NCBI GenBank assembly: GCA_034669905.1
Contig: JAXMOL010000016.1
Location: forward strand, 1 to 64,000
DNA from: Candidatus Hydrogenedentota bacterium
GTDB lineage: Bacteria; Hydrogenedentota; Hydrogenedentia; Hydrogenedentales; JAEUWI01
Direction of reading: 5' to 3'
DNA: 64,000 bases
This document shows positions 62,840-64,000 of this stretch, in pieces; the stretch's first letter is position 1; the number at the start of each line of letters is the position of its first letter. The notes beneath the pieces are model-generated. The model did no database searches and was not told the origin of the DNA. It worked only from the letters and a program-made list of their open reading frames with translations. Made by a program: the position numbers and the translations under genes.

Positions 62840-63739
62840 ATGTTTCGCCCATTACCTTGTTGCTTCGCATTGTTGGCCGTCCTCATACTCGCCGCACCCG
62901 CTTCCGCTGCCCAGGAAGATGCCACCCTCTGGAAGGCCGCAGAAGCCCTCCTGCAGGCGGACACCCAGCGCCCCCCGGTCACACCGCAAGACCCGCCCGT
63001 AGCCGTCGGCCACCCCTATCTCTTTGAGTCCTTTTCCCAGTGGGACCCGGAAGCACTGCGGCGGGCTGTACAACTGTTTTTAGGGCAACAGCCTCCCCCG
63101 GCCGACACAGATGGGCAGGAAGCCCATTCCCGGGAGCTGGCGGCGGGGCTGCAAAAGCTCCTGGAATACTATCCCCTCACCGCCCGCACCCACGGGGACT
63201 TTGAGGCCGTGCGCAATTGGGTTTTCGACCCTGGACAGCCCCCAGCCCTGCGCATACTGCTCCTTCAACACGCCGCCCCGGGCCTCGCCCCTCCTTCTGC
63301 CTTTGGGGCCTATTTCCAAGGACATCTGAGCTACGACGACGGAACGTTTGAAAAGCGCTTGCTGGAGTTAATTCAGCTTCCCCAAGAGTCGAAACCCGTG
63401 CAACGGGTGGCCATGGATACCCAACTTGCCCGGGCGCGGGAAGGCTACCGTCGCTTGCTGGCACGGGATCCCCAGGTCGTCCGCGACCAGGGAACGGGTC
63501 CGGTGCCCACCGTGGCCCAGTTGATTGACGACCCCAAAGCCATTCCCATGACCGGGCGGACCACGCTCCTCCTGGAGCGCCACAACGCGGCTGTGGGCAA
63601 ATGGGCCGCCTCGCTGAAAGGCACCGCCGACAACCCCCAGCGCGAGGCGTCGGTCCGGGCCAAGGCCCAGGCCACCCTGGAGACTGTGCTGCGAGAATTC
63701 CCCATCCCCAATCGGGAAGCCTTGAGTACGCCCCCCTGA
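62840..63739 (+). CDS. Secreted hypothetical protein
   Basis: GGAGAGG RBS, signal peptide ending ASA-A, helical composition; no family recognised. Confidence 0.7.
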   Translation: MFRPLPCCFALLAVLILAAPASAAQEDATLWKAAEALLQADTQRPPVTPQDPPVAVGHPYLFESFSQWDPEALRRAVQLFLGQQPPPADTDGQEAHSRELAAGLQKLLEYYPLTARTHGDFEAVRNWVFDPGQPPALRILLLQHAAPGLAPPSAFGAYFQGHLSYDDGTFEKRLLELIQLPQESKPVQRVAMDTQLARAREGYRRLLARDPQVVRDQGTGPVPTVAQLIDDPKAIPMTGRTTLLLERHNAAVGKWAASLKGTADNPQREASVRAKAQATLETVLREFPIPNREALSTPP

Positions 63740-63747
63740 CAGCTCCG

Positions 63748-64000
63748 TTACGTCGTGGGCTGGGCCGCCATCAGGGCCAGCACGTCGGCCTGCGTCGGCA
63801 GGGACGGCTGGGCGCCTGCCTTGGTCGTCGCCAGGGCTCCCACGGCGTTGGCATAGCGCAGGGCTTCGCCCGGATTGGCACTATCCCATACCACGCCCAG
63901 TGCGGCGGTGAATGCATCGCCTGCGGCGGTTGTATCCACGACGGGCACCTCGAAGGCACCGACATAGTGGTCCGTCTCCGGCCCCACATAGCGCGAGCCC
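63748..64000 (-). CDS. PfkB family carbohydrate kinase (ribokinase-like), C-terminal part, truncated by window end
   Basis: VDTTAAGDAF, ANA.GALATTK.GAQPSLP. Confidence 0.88.
   Translation of the reverse strand, partial: GSRYVGPETDHYVGAFEVPVVDTTAAGDAFTAALGVVWDSANPGEALRYANAVGALATTKAGAQPSLPTQADVLALMAAQPTT

Overview
GC-rich bacterial chromosomal window from a diderm, LPS-making lineage (LpxH, LAB_N, GT9 and YdbH-like genes). The lineage cannot be fixed from the sequence; the gene mix resembles PVC or Ca. Hydrogenedentota. It holds about 50 CDSs. Housekeeping genes include rpsA, ilvB, lepB, lpxH, clpS-clpA, acs and groES-groEL with a CIRCE operator. Other content: three Gfo/Idh/MocA oxidoreductases, a 2141-aa secreted hypothetical protein, a surface-glycan cluster (GT2, GT4 x3, GT9, acyltransferase, methyltransferase, AsnB-type amidotransferase) interrupted by two divergent type II TA pairs, and a hybrid kinase/CYTH/TPM-ankyrin operon. 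Intergenic DNA is unusually rich in palindromic REP/BIME-like repeats of several unrelated families and in 7- and 9-bp tandem repeats. No rRNA, tRNA, CRISPR array, integrase or transposase was recognised. The best candidates for undescribed biology are: (i) a 238-bp multi-hairpin repeat that brackets single-gene 'cassettes' (AraC/GyrI regulator, orphan antitoxin) between two paralogous oxidoreductases; (ii) an HPD-less J-domain protein coupled to an unknown helical protein, divergent from clpSA; (iii) the sensor-less kinase, class IV cyclase-like and TPM-TM-ankyrin operon; (iv) a fused YnbE-YdbL lipoprotein behind a YdbH-like bridge protein; (v) the giant secreted protein. All family calls are from motif recognition, not database searches.
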